Shown in pieces: positions 49,398-58,059 of a stretch of DNA of 64,000 nucleotides. Below the pieces are notes generated by a model. It saw nothing but the letters and a program-made list of their open reading frames with translations. It was not told the origin of the DNA and searched no databases. The position numbers were made by a program, and so were the translations under genes. Source of the DNA: a virus (taxonomy: Duplodnaviria > Heunggongvirae > Uroviricota > Caudoviricetes); the IMG/VR virus record IMGVR_UViG_3300009709_000002, positions 1 to 64,000 of that record; one strand, written 5' to 3'. Numbering within the stretch: position 1 is the stretch's first letter; the number at the start of each line of letters is the position of its first letter.

Positions 49398-50867
49398 TTA
49401 CAGCCCCAGCTCTTCTGGGATACTTTCACCGAGTGGTACGATTCCATTGAAGCGACGAATCTGCTCCAACGTCAGCGTGTTCGGTACCTTGCCATGATCA
49501 TAGATGGTCCACATCATGTCTTCGAACTCTACATCGAATTCTCCAACTTGCAACGTGCTCCATTCACCTGTGAGACGGCTGCGAACGGTGGTCAGGCGAC
49601 CAGCCTTCGACTTCTTGCCTGGATCAGTGATTGGATCCTTGAAGATCTTGACCCACTCACCGCTGTCAAGCAGGATAGCACTGGACTTCTGTGCAAAGCT
49701 CAGATCATCTCGCTTTGCATTTTGCAGCAGATCGCCGCCGGAGCCGTAGACGATCGTCGATGCAGCGAACTTCTTATCTTCAAGAAGATTCAAGATCTTT
49801 GCGATCATCTCGTAGTTGATGCCGTCACCTTGGATGATACCAACGTGGTTGAGCACCTTGTAGCCCTTCGTGTTGATCGTCGTGCCGAAGTGCTTCTCGA
49901 GCAGATCGAGTAACCAGCTGATGATTTCAACAGGATCACCAGAGTCAGGGCGGAAGACGACCTTCGCACCAGAATCGATGATTCGTTGCTTGAACTTCGT
50001 GCAAAGCAGCTCTGCCTCACGGAAGACGTTGTAGCCGTCGATCACCAGAGACAGAATAGCGCCAGGCTTTGCGTACGCATCGAGAATTGCTTCGATGTAA
50101 GCTTCTTGGTGCTCAGGCCCGTAAGCTGTCTGAATGCTGTGTTCAGTTGCAGGAACGCTGAAGGCAGCCATGCGTTCGAAGTAATAGAAGTTTGCAGCAC
50201 GAACACCAGAGATCGTATCCGACCCACGGAAGAATACACAGTGAGCAGCACCGCCGATCTGACCTTGCTCTTCGCAAGTTACACCGCGACCAGCAAAATC
50301 ATGCAGAGAGAATGACATGATCACATTGAAGAAGGCATCATCGCACGAACGGCGAACTGCTTTAGCGATGATGTCATACTTCTCACGGTCATTGCTGGCG
50401 ATCGTTGTCGGATACCAGACGCCGCGTTGCATCGTCGTTTCGATGTATGAGGCGAGCCAGAACAGGCGCTTATCGGTGCATTCCACCGTCACGATCGCGT
50501 TGCTCGAAGGCATCATCATACCTTCCTTGACACCACGAATCACTACCGGCAGATAGCCATCATACTTCTCGACGATGTAGTCCCAATCCTGGCGATTGAA
50601 CGGAACCATGTGGTTGATAGCAAATTCTTCTGCTTCATCCACATCTGCTTTGGTGATTGGATCGAGCAAGCACTTGCGAACCCACATCTGCATGCCAAAT
50701 GGCACGACGAGCTTACCTTTGCGCCGAGGCTCGATGTAGGCGAACATACCTTGAATTTTCTCTGGGTACACAAGCCAATGCGACAGCTTGTACGAATCCA
50801 CATCGAGTATTAAATTGTAACCAAGGCGGTTCAGTGAAGCTTTTTGAGTTTGAATTTTCTTAAGCAT
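49398..50867 (-). CDS. nadV: nicotinamide phosphoribosyltransferase
   Basis: DSYKLSH, LHDFAGRG, SVPATEHS, RPDSGDP, IIQGDG, KDPITDPGKKSK. Confidence 0.95.
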   Translation of the reverse strand: MLKKIQTQKASLNRLGYNLILDVDSYKLSHWLVYPEKIQGMFAYIEPRRKGKLVVPFGMQMWVRKCLLDPITKADVDEAEEFAINHMVPFNRQDWDYIVEKYDGYLPVVIRGVKEGMMMPSSNAIVTVECTDKRLFWLASYIETTMQRGVWYPTTIASNDREKYDIIAKAVRRSCDDAFFNVIMSFSLHDFAGRGVTCEEQGQIGGAAHCVFFRGSDTISGVRAANFYYFERMAAFSVPATEHSIQTAYGPEHQEAYIEAILDAYAKPGAILSLVIDGYNVFREAELLCTKFKQRIIDSGAKVVFRPDSGDPVEIISWLLDLLEKHFGTTINTKGYKVLNHVGIIQGDGINYEMIAKILNLLEDKKFAASTIVYGSGGDLLQNAKRDDLSFAQKSSAILLDSGEWVKIFKDPITDPGKKSKAGRLTTVRSRLTGEWSTLQVGEFDVEFEDMMWTIYDHGKVPNTLTLEQIRRFNGIVPLGESIPEELGL

Positions 50868-50904
50868 GAAAGTCTCTTTCATAAAGACGAAGCCGTCTAT
50901 CGGC
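50865..50904 (-). promoter_or_regulatory. leader RNA motif, copy 1 (nadV)
   Basis: GCCG-ATAGA-CGGC hairpin, TCTTT linker, then ATGAAAG-AGA-CTTTCAT hairpin covering SD and start. Confidence 0.65.
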
Positions 50905-50959
50905 AACGTTTACTACAAGAGCCGCCTATGTAGATTATAACATAGGCGGCCAGATTTTG

Positions 50960-52180
50960 TTACAGCGATCCACCACCAACCATCGTAGCGATGATATCGA
51001 AGTGGTCCTCGAACAGCTGATCACGCATGTTGGCGATCTTGGACAGCGGAATCCACTCGGCCTTCTCAGCGTCATCCGACCCCTTTACTTCCGGCAGTTC
51101 ACCAGTTTCAGGAAGTTGGAACATGTAAGCTACGGTGATCGTACGACCACGCAGTGAACGTTCTGGCAAGTCAAAGATTTCCTTCTTGACGAAGGAGCCT
51201 TTCAGCGCAGCCGGTGATACTTTGAGTCGAGTTTCTTCTTTGGTCTCACGAAGAGCAGCAGCGAACAGACGTTCATTTTGCTCTAAGAAACCGCCAGGCA
51301 GAGCATACAGCCCCTTGCCAGGTTGACCACGACGCTTCACCATCAGGATCTGGCCTGATTGAATGATGACCGAATCAACGGTGACGAAGATCGGAGCATA
51401 TGGTGCAGCTTCCCAAGCTTTCTTGTAACCTTCAATGAAGCGGAACTCAGCTTGCAACGTTGCGTACGTGTTAAGCAGCTTGAAGCTAACAAGGAAATCC
51501 CAAGTCGACGCTGGCAGGAATGACTTCAACAGAAGCTCATACATGACATCATCGATAGGTTTGCCATTGAAGAACCCACCGAAGTAGATTTCACGAACCA
51601 TAGTTGCGCTGAGCGCTTTGCTGATTCGATCATCATGAACGACGAGGTCTTTGACAAGCTTTGGAAAGTACTTCAGGTAGTACGTTGAATCATCACGATC
51701 AGAGCCTGTGAGGAAGCTCTTGATTTCGATTCCAGACAGCCACGGATCGAGGCAAGGTTGCGTTGCGCTTTCCAGGCACTTGACTTCTTGACTTACGTCA
51801 TACACATGCTGATCAATCCCCTTGATCCAAAGATTGTCATTGTACGGTACGTCGATGCCTTGACGGAAAAACAATTTGCGACTTACTTGCGGGCCAAAAG
51901 TATCAACGGCCCACTCTTGAATCATCTGTGTTCGCTCGTTATATGTGAACGGATTCTTGGTGGTGCGTGGTTGATTTGACGAGCCGACGATGATCAGGGC
52001 ATAGTCATACTTCTCGATCATTCGAGAGATAACGTTTGCGTGACCAAGGTGGAAGGGAGAGAAACGACCAATGTAAATGCCAAGAGAAACTTGACGATCA
52101 CCAGGTTTTTGAGTTGTGAGAGAGCCGATACTACCGGCCGAGGATACATCTGCTGCTGCAGTTTTGAAATTCTGGGACAT
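50960..52180 (-). CDS. nadM: bifunctional NMN adenylyltransferase / ADP-ribose Nudix hydrolase (NatV-like)
   Basis: GRFSPFHLGH, KNPF..ER, SAT.VRE, Nudix box PGGF...A.RETKEET. Confidence 0.95.
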   Translation of the reverse strand: MSQNFKTAAADVSSAGSIGSLTTQKPGDRQVSLGIYIGRFSPFHLGHANVISRMIEKYDYALIIVGSSNQPRTTKNPFTYNERTQMIQEWAVDTFGPQVSRKLFFRQGIDVPYNDNLWIKGIDQHVYDVSQEVKCLESATQPCLDPWLSGIEIKSFLTGSDRDDSTYYLKYFPKLVKDLVVHDDRISKALSATMVREIYFGGFFNGKPIDDVMYELLLKSFLPASTWDFLVSFKLLNTYATLQAEFRFIEGYKKAWEAAPYAPIFVTVDSVIIQSGQILMVKRRGQPGKGLYALPGGFLEQNERLFAAALRETKEETRLKVSPAALKGSFVKKEIFDLPERSLRGRTITVAYMFQLPETGELPEVKGSDDAEKAEWIPLSKIANMRDQLFEDHFDIIATMVGGGSL

Positions 52181-52225
52181 AAGAAGACTCTTCTTAAAGA
52201 ACCGGTAACCGTCTATCGGTTACCG
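52178..52225 (-). promoter_or_regulatory. leader RNA motif, copy 2 (nadM)
   Basis: CGGTAACCG-ATAGA-CGGTTACCG hairpin, TCTTT linker, then TAAGAAG-AGT-CTTCTTA hairpin covering SD and start. Confidence 0.65.
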
Positions 52226-52277
52226 TATGTGAATCATATACCGGCTATTTATCGGTGTATATTTTTCGTTGCTATTT

Positions 52278-53180
52278 TCAAATAGCTTGTGGCATCTCGA
52301 GAAGCAAGCTCTTGGCACCGCCACCAGCTTTCAAGAACTCAGTGAGTCTAACCCGAACAATATTGAGCTCACCAGGCCAAATTTTGTTGAGATATTCTTC
52401 AACATTGACCGAGATGTTGTTCAGCAGGATAGTGTTATCGATGCCAACTGCATTGCAGGCGAGTCGATAAGCGTCTTCCTTAGTTACCCACACCAGAGCT
52501 GTGGAATTTGCAGCTGCAAATTGTTCGATTCTTGAAGCATCTTCTACTGAAAATGCATCCTTGTATGCCATGATGAGCTTACGTCGGAGAGCTAGATCTG
52601 GATGATCGAACTCATGGTAGAAGAAGCACATGTCCAGGTTGAAGAAGTCTGGATTTACGAGACGCAAAGCCAGAATTTTTCGTGCCGAGGCGTCAAGCAC
52701 CTTGTAAACTTCATGTAACCCAGCTTCATTCGTACGCTGCCCATAGCCGATGATCGTGGTCTTACCAGCTTGAATGATATCAGCGTCACCTTCAAAAGCA
52801 ATGTCATTGCGGCGAGGAAGCTCTAACATCGGATAGTCTGGTGCAAGCCGGCGAACAGTCTTCAGGTAGTTTTCTTCTTCTACACCACGCTCTGCTTGAT
52901 GCTTGAAACGAGAGATAATGAAGATTTTCTCATCAGAATCATTCTCGATCGGAAAAAAAGTACCGGCATTTGCTGCAAAAACCATGTCAGGTTGTGACTG
53001 AACTGGTGTCATCAGCTTAGTGGTTGCGCCAGCTTTGTGCAGCTCTTCTCGAAACTGTTGCCACTGCTTGAATGCCAGACCGGTATCGACCAAGCCGATG
53101 TTGTCTGTCATCCAAGGATTGATGTTGTATGTGACGCCAAAGTATTTGGCAGGACACATTAGGAAAATCTTATTCGACAA
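52278..53180 (-). CDS. amidinotransferase/DDAH-family protein, catalytic residues substituted
   Basis: MCP..F.V.Y.INPWM, PDMVFAANAG, FEG; HLD changed to NLD and GG..KC changed to GGGAKS. Confidence 0.8.
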   Translation of the reverse strand: MSNKIFLMCPAKYFGVTYNINPWMTDNIGLVDTGLAFKQWQQFREELHKAGATTKLMTPVQSQPDMVFAANAGTFFPIENDSDEKIFIISRFKHQAERGVEEENYLKTVRRLAPDYPMLELPRRNDIAFEGDADIIQAGKTTIIGYGQRTNEAGLHEVYKVLDASARKILALRLVNPDFFNLDMCFFYHEFDHPDLALRRKLIMAYKDAFSVEDASRIEQFAAANSTALVWVTKEDAYRLACNAVGIDNTILLNNISVNVEEYLNKIWPGELNIVRVRLTEFLKAGGGAKSLLLEMPQAI

Positions 53181-53442
53181 GTTTGTACTCTTCAGTGATG
53201 ATGAACAGGACGGCGCTGTTCGCTAGCAGCTCTTTCGACAAGAAGCTTTCAGCCTTGCCGTCCGATGCTGTTGGTTCTGGCGTATGCAGCACGATCCAAT
53301 CCTTGCTACGAAGCGATACTTGCGTACGATCACGAAGAGATACAGCTTCTTCATATGACGGAATAGGGGCTGAATTCAAGTTGCCTGTGAGTTGGCCAAC
53401 AGGTGTCGCAACAATAGCTTTGAGATGGTAAATTTTAGACAT
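53170..53442 (-). CDS. hypothetical protein
   Basis: ORF in operon. Confidence 0.65.
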   Translation of the reverse strand: MSKIYHLKAIVATPVGQLTGNLNSAPIPSYEEAVSLRDRTQVSLRSKDWIVLHTPEPTASDGKAESFLSKELLANSAVLFIITEEYKLVE

Positions 53443-53446
53443 GTAT

Positions 53447-53902
53447 TTATTTGCCTGCTAGAGGCACCACAGAGATGGAGTTCTTTGGTGAACCATCAAC
53501 GAGCTTGTCGGTGTATGACAGGTAGACAACGACATTGCGCTGTTGGTCAAAGAAGCGGGTGATATGCATCTTCTTGAAGAGCGGAGAACGAGATTGAACA
53601 AATACGTCTTCGCCGTTGACGAAAGACTGAGTAACGCGGGCTTGACCGTTTCCAACTGCACGACATGCGATAGAAGCTTCAGATGGATCTTCAGCTAGAC
53701 CTACTGCTCCGCTGAGTCCGCCGGCTTGAGCATTGCTGAGATAGCAGGTGACGTTAGCGACCTTCGGGTCATCGAACGCTTCAACTACGATCTTGTCGGA
53801 TCCGAAGACGTGAAATGCCGAATTGACAGACCCGATGACTTGCTGGCCAAATGATGCTGCACTGAAAAAGCCTAGCGCTGCAACCAGGAGAAACTTCTTC
53901 AT
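53447..53902 (-). CDS. creA: CreA family periplasmic protein
   Basis: VEAFDDPKV..VTCY...GG..GAVGLAEDPS.ASIACR ... GSPKNSIS. Confidence 0.9.
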   Translation of the reverse strand: MKKFLLVAALGFFSAASFGQQVIGSVNSAFHVFGSDKIVVEAFDDPKVANVTCYLSNAQAGGLSGAVGLAEDPSEASIACRAVGNGQARVTQSFVNGEDVFVQSRSPLFKKMHITRFFDQQRNVVVYLSYTDKLVDGSPKNSISVVPLAGK

Positions 53903-54001
53903 TTTGAATCCTTTGTTGGTTTATGGTGAGGCCATTATAATTCGCCAACGCAGGTGTGTAAAATTAAAGGTGCTTAAAAGCACCTTTAATGAGCAATGAT
54001 C

Positions 54002-54307
54002 TTACAGCTTGTTTATTCGATCGTAGACATCATCTAATCTTTTGTCTACCTGCTCAGTATATTCTTTCATAAGATTCAGCTTCTCTTGGTGCATGGTCGC
54101 AAGTTCCTCAATTGATTTCGACGCATACACACGTGGCAAATCTTCTTTAGTGTCTTCTTTGCCGGTCATGATGTTCAGCTTTTTCTGAACGATGCTCGCA
54201 AGCAAAATGTAAATGATAGTTGGTGTGCTTGATGACAATACAACTGACACGAAAAGCACAGCAAAGAGGCCGATGACAAGCATCGAAAACTTTCCTTTTT
54301 GAGCCAT
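54002..54307 (-). CDS. membrane-anchored hypothetical protein
   Basis: N-terminal TM segment; SD GAGG. Confidence 0.65.
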   Translation of the reverse strand: MAQKGKFSMLVIGLFAVLFVSVVLSSSTPTIIYILLASIVQKKLNIMTGKEDTKEDLPRVYASKSIEELATMHQEKLNLMKEYTEQVDKRLDDVYDRINKL

Positions 54308-54415
54308 AATACACCTCATCAGAGATGAGTAGACAACAAAAGTCCACTCACAAAACGATCTTTATTATACTTCTAGGTTTTCGTTTTGCGGTGGACTTTA
54401 GTCTGTAGAGACTAT

Positions 54416-55033
54416 TTATGCAACGGGATACATTTTATTACATTCATTCAACCAAAATATCGCGAACTCCAACAAACTACCGTGCGATGAATCTGGCTTG
54501 ATGTGGCTGTCCTTGCTTGGGCAATCAAATCGACCATAGTTGATGAACGCGCAGTGAACGCTGACGTCGAGACCTTCAAAATTATCAACAAGATCATCGA
54601 CGAGCGCGGCGGGCTTCAGCTGGTCAATCACTGGAAGTTTCGGATTACTTTCGCCTTTCACTCGCTTTACAGCGTGAACTTCATTGATCGGCAGAGAATG
54701 TAACTGGCAGTTACGATGACGAGCTAACCCGAAGCGGTGATCCATCGAGCTGACGATTGTGAGATTGAACCCGGCGTCTACAAGCAGACCGCAGGCTTCA
54801 ACTACGCCATCAAAGAGCGGCATGGTCGCCCAAACTTCTTCAGTGAAATTCTTGAAGAACCACTCCTTCTGCTCTTCATTCTTCCACTCGATACCGTACG
54901 CAGTGGTTGCATGATACGCGTCTGGGCGAACCATCTCCAGCTTCTCGCCGAACGCGGCTTCCCAAACGATTGGGAACGCTTTGCGATAGTCAAAAATTAC
55001 TCCGTCGCCGTCCAAGGCGATAGTGTTACTCAT
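54416..55033 (-). CDS. HAD-superfamily phosphatase (nucleotidase-like)
   Basis: LDGDGV, VSS, K, VDD. Confidence 0.85.
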   Translation of the reverse strand: MSNTIALDGDGVIFDYRKAFPIVWEAAFGEKLEMVRPDAYHATTAYGIEWKNEEQKEWFFKNFTEEVWATMPLFDGVVEACGLLVDAGFNLTIVSSMDHRFGLARHRNCQLHSLPINEVHAVKRVKGESNPKLPVIDQLKPAALVDDLVDNFEGLDVSVHCAFINYGRFDCPSKDSHIKPDSSHGSLLEFAIFWLNECNKMYPVA

Positions 55034-55046
55034 GGTAGATTCCTCT

Positions 55047-55397
55047 TTAGATTACTGTGCTGTGATTGAAAGGCTTTGACAGGCGAAGCACATTGCCGTC
55101 ACGATAGGTGACTTTATGTTCGCCATGAAGGTTTCTGATCTGGCTCAATGCTTCGGTAAGATTGCTAGTCTTCGTCATCTTGTAGGATGAGAATCCTTCG
55201 AGCAGCACGCAGAGATCTTCATCGCTGATCGAGTACGCTCTATCAGGAACTTCAGGGTAGATCTGCATGACGATCGGTTCGCGAGTTACTTCAACCTTCA
55301 GCCGCTTAGCTGCATCTTCTACCGACACATAAGCGGCGCCGATATTAACGCTCATGATGTGCACGAGGTCCCGTCCATCCATGTGAATTTTGGTCAT
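55047..55397 (-). CDS. hypothetical protein
   Basis: ORF in operon. Confidence 0.65.
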   Translation of the reverse strand: MTKIHMDGRDLVHIMSVNIGAAYVSVEDAAKRLKVEVTREPIVMQIYPEVPDRAYSISDEDLCVLLEGFSSYKMTKTSNLTEALSQIRNLHGEHKVTYRDGNVLRLSKPFNHSTVI

Positions 55398-55879
55398 TTC
55401 ATCACCTTCAAGAATTGTTCTTCTTTAACATCATGGTGAAGCATCGGAAATTGGTTCGTCCAATCATCAAGCACTCCGTAGGTTCCTTTCTTCATCACGT
55501 AACCCATGACAAAGTCTGTTTGCATCGGAATGCCGAAGTAGCTAAACGCTTCAGGATCAAGCACCGTAGGGTCAACAACCGTGCAGTCAGCAGTGATGCA
55601 CCAGGCATGATTGATCGGGATAATGTCGCGGTAGAAATAACCTTCGACGTAGGTGAGCTCAGGGTTTGCCACCGCGAGCAGAATTGCATTCTTGAAGCAT
55701 TCTTTCGGAGTGCGAAATGGAGTGATAAAGCGTTCATCGTACGGCGCTGCTTTGCACTCCATTCCAAGCTTCAGCGTAAATTCTTCTACGCTGTTGTACT
55801 TGAGCTCTGCTCTCATATTTTGATGAGCGAGCAAGCTGGAAATAGCGCCGAGATGTTCTTTGATTGCTTCGATACTCAT
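55394..55879 (-). CDS. transglutaminase/papain-like Cys-His-Asp protein
   Basis: KECF.NA, YVEG, HAW, VDPT. Confidence 0.7.
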   Translation of the reverse strand: MSIEAIKEHLGAISSLLAHQNMRAELKYNSVEEFTLKLGMECKAAPYDERFITPFRTPKECFKNAILLAVANPELTYVEGYFYRDIIPINHAWCITADCTVVDPTVLDPEAFSYFGIPMQTDFVMGYVMKKGTYGVLDDWTNQFPMLHHDVKEEQFLKVMK

Positions 55880-56035
55880 GACAGTGCAACCTCACGGAAG
55901 ATAAAATCACCGACCATCTTGCAGTTACATTTGAAGGTGGACATCTCTACCTCTAAGTGTTCATCCATTAGAGATATTATACATCAAAAGCTCACAAAAG
56001 TAAACACTTTTGTGAGCTCCGTGGGTTAAACTGGC

Positions 56036-56599
56036 TTATTTTGAATAAGCGTTGAGCACTTCTTGAAGGATGTCTTCTTTAGGACGATAACCACCATCCT
56101 TGGCAGCGACGTCGATCAAGATTTTGTTTGTGAACATCGACTTGTCGAAGGCTGCGATAAAGTCAGCCTGTTCTTCTTCTTTCTTAGAAAAGTCGAATGA
56201 CATTCCATCGTCTTGAATGAAGCCGAAGTTAGACGTGGTGAGAAGTACCAGCAGAGATTGCTCACGATAATGTGACGTAGTCTTTGCAAAAAGCTCCTCG
56301 AGGTGGAACACGTAGCTGCCATCATAACCTCTATATCGCGGTGCATACACAACTTCACCGAGATGTGCACGGTTGAGAATTACTCGATCATTTCCATTGA
56401 GAATGTTGAACATCGTATGAAATGACATTTCTTGGTAGTGACGGAGAGGATCCGTGAACCCAGCGTACACATCCAACTTCAGCGGTTTCTGATAGTGGAG
56501 CGTCAAGAAATATCCCAACTTTTGCTGGATTCCATCGATGAGAGAATCCTTACCAAGTCGATCAACACCCTCAATAACGATGTGCTTAATCTGTCCCAT
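56036..56599 (-). CDS. thymidylate-kinase-like dNMP kinase
   Basis: IVIEGVDRLGKDS, NR.HLGE.VY...YR. Confidence 0.85.
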   Translation of the reverse strand: MGQIKHIVIEGVDRLGKDSLIDGIQQKLGYFLTLHYQKPLKLDVYAGFTDPLRHYQEMSFHTMFNILNGNDRVILNRAHLGEVVYAPRYRGYDGSYVFHLEELFAKTTSHYREQSLLVLLTTSNFGFIQDDGMSFDFSKKEEEQADFIAAFDKSMFTNKILIDVAAKDGGYRPKEDILQEVLNAYSK

Positions 56600-56762
56600 T
56601 GATTACCTTCGTGACTTCAGTGATAGAAACGGTGTCACCACCTACAAACACTCGGCCTGCGCTGGTGGTGACAACTGATTTGAACAGCGTCGACAGCAGC
56701 TTAAGCTGAGCGGCCGTAACATCTTCATTCAACTCGATAAAAGATACTTTACGATCGCTCAT
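56586..56762 (-). CDS. small hypothetical protein (58 aa)
   Basis: Manual translation MSDRKVSFIELNE...; fills gap in operon. Confidence 0.55.
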   Translation of the reverse strand: MSDRKVSFIELNEDVTAAQLKLLSTLFKSVVTTSAGRVFVGGDTVSITEVTKVINGTD

Positions 56763-56767
56763 GGTGC

Positions 56768-57097
56768 TTAGCTCAATGCAATTTTGGTGGGAGTCTTGAC
56801 GACCTTAATGCCGCCAGTTTGTTCGAGGTAGCTCGATTCAATTTCTGAACGCGGCATGAACAAAGCTAGGCCATGAAGGTTCATGTTAATCTCTACTTCT
56901 ACGTCTGCGTTCGAGACGATCCACGGCATGAGAGCTGGTGCGAATTGGCCGCTACCAACTTGCTGTACTACGACCTGACGAATTTGCTTCAGGGTGATAG
57001 TGGAGACACCTTGATCGAGGCTGTCATCGAGTTTTTCGACGTGACGGCCGATGATTTCATCGCCATTGGCGAGCTTGATACAGAGAACTTGCGACAT
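56768..57097 (-). CDS. Sm-like fold protein common in T4-like phages
   Basis: KL.NGDEIIG ... LMPW ... Y...TGGI. Confidence 0.7.
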   Translation of the reverse strand: MSQVLCIKLANGDEIIGRHVEKLDDSLDQGVSTITLKQIRQVVVQQVGSGQFAPALMPWIVSNADVEVEINMNLHGLALFMPRSEIESSYLEQTGGIKVVKTPTKIALS

Positions 57098-57100
57098 TGT

Positions 57101-58036
57101 TTATACCGGTGAGAGGAGCCATGACGAGAAGTCATAGTTATTGCTGATTTTCTTTGAACCTTGCATGATCATGTGGGCGAATCGTTCCGAGAAGAAACTG
57201 CCACCAAAGTTCGTTGCTTCATGCGAGTGGATTGCGTGCGGATGAGCTGCAAAGCGAATGTCATTGATCAGGTGCTTTACTTCATCTTCATTCTTGATCT
57301 GAGGACATTCAACATCGATGTACTTGTCATTACCGCTGGCGATAGCTTCAAGAACTTCGAAGTGACGTTCATACACGTGGAATGAATCGGCGACGTGGTG
57401 ATAGTTGCCAAGCTCCAGCTCAGGATAAGTATCCTTCAGTGAAGCGTAAACCATCTCTTGCACGAAGGAGAAGGTCGGTGCATCATTACCCATACCGAAT
57501 ACACCGTCTTGGCTGCGCATGTGAACCGATAGGTTGAGGCGGTCATTGCGAATCCGGAAGTTCATGGAATAAGTGCACGGTACATCCTTGGTGTTGCTAA
57601 GCAGGTGACGACCTTGCAAGATGGCGATCGATGCACGACGAGTATCCTTGTCGCTCTTCAGCGCCTCAACTGCACGATCAAACTGCGAGCCTGCGATCGT
57701 ACCACCAAGTCCATTCTTACCGAAGATGTACTGACCATAGTTGGAATTGATCGTTCCATCACTATTGATCAATGATTCCCACATCTTGGCGTGCTTGGTG
57801 ATCGATGTGTCATGCGCATCGGCATGAAGATACCACAGAAACTCTTCCTTGATGTAAGGGAGCTTCAGCTTACGACTTTCAAAGTTTTGAAATCGCACAT
57901 ACGGCGGAAGCTCATATGTGTAATTTTCAATTTCAATGACTTTTTGACCACGAGGACTGCAGAACTTACCTTTTGCTTTTACATCGCGAAAGATTTGCTC
58001 AAACGCTTCCTTTGATAGTTGTGCAACAGTTGACAT
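57101..58036 (-). CDS. thymidylate-synthase homologue of dCMP hydroxymethylase type
   Basis: E..WY, NSNYG, D.DTRRA, DVPCT, MRSQD..FGMGND, SFHVYERHF. Confidence 0.85.
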   Translation of the reverse strand: MSTVAQLSKEAFEQIFRDVKAKGKFCSPRGQKVIEIENYTYELPPYVRFQNFESRKLKLPYIKEEFLWYLHADAHDTSITKHAKMWESLINSDGTINSNYGQYIFGKNGLGGTIAGSQFDRAVEALKSDKDTRRASIAILQGRHLLSNTKDVPCTYSMNFRIRNDRLNLSVHMRSQDGVFGMGNDAPTFSFVQEMVYASLKDTYPELELGNYHHVADSFHVYERHFEVLEAIASGNDKYIDVECPQIKNEDEVKHLINDIRFAAHPHAIHSHEATNFGGSFFSERFAHMIMQGSKKISNNYDFSSWLLSPV

Positions 58037-58059
58037 TAAGGGAATGCTCCTAAGAACTT

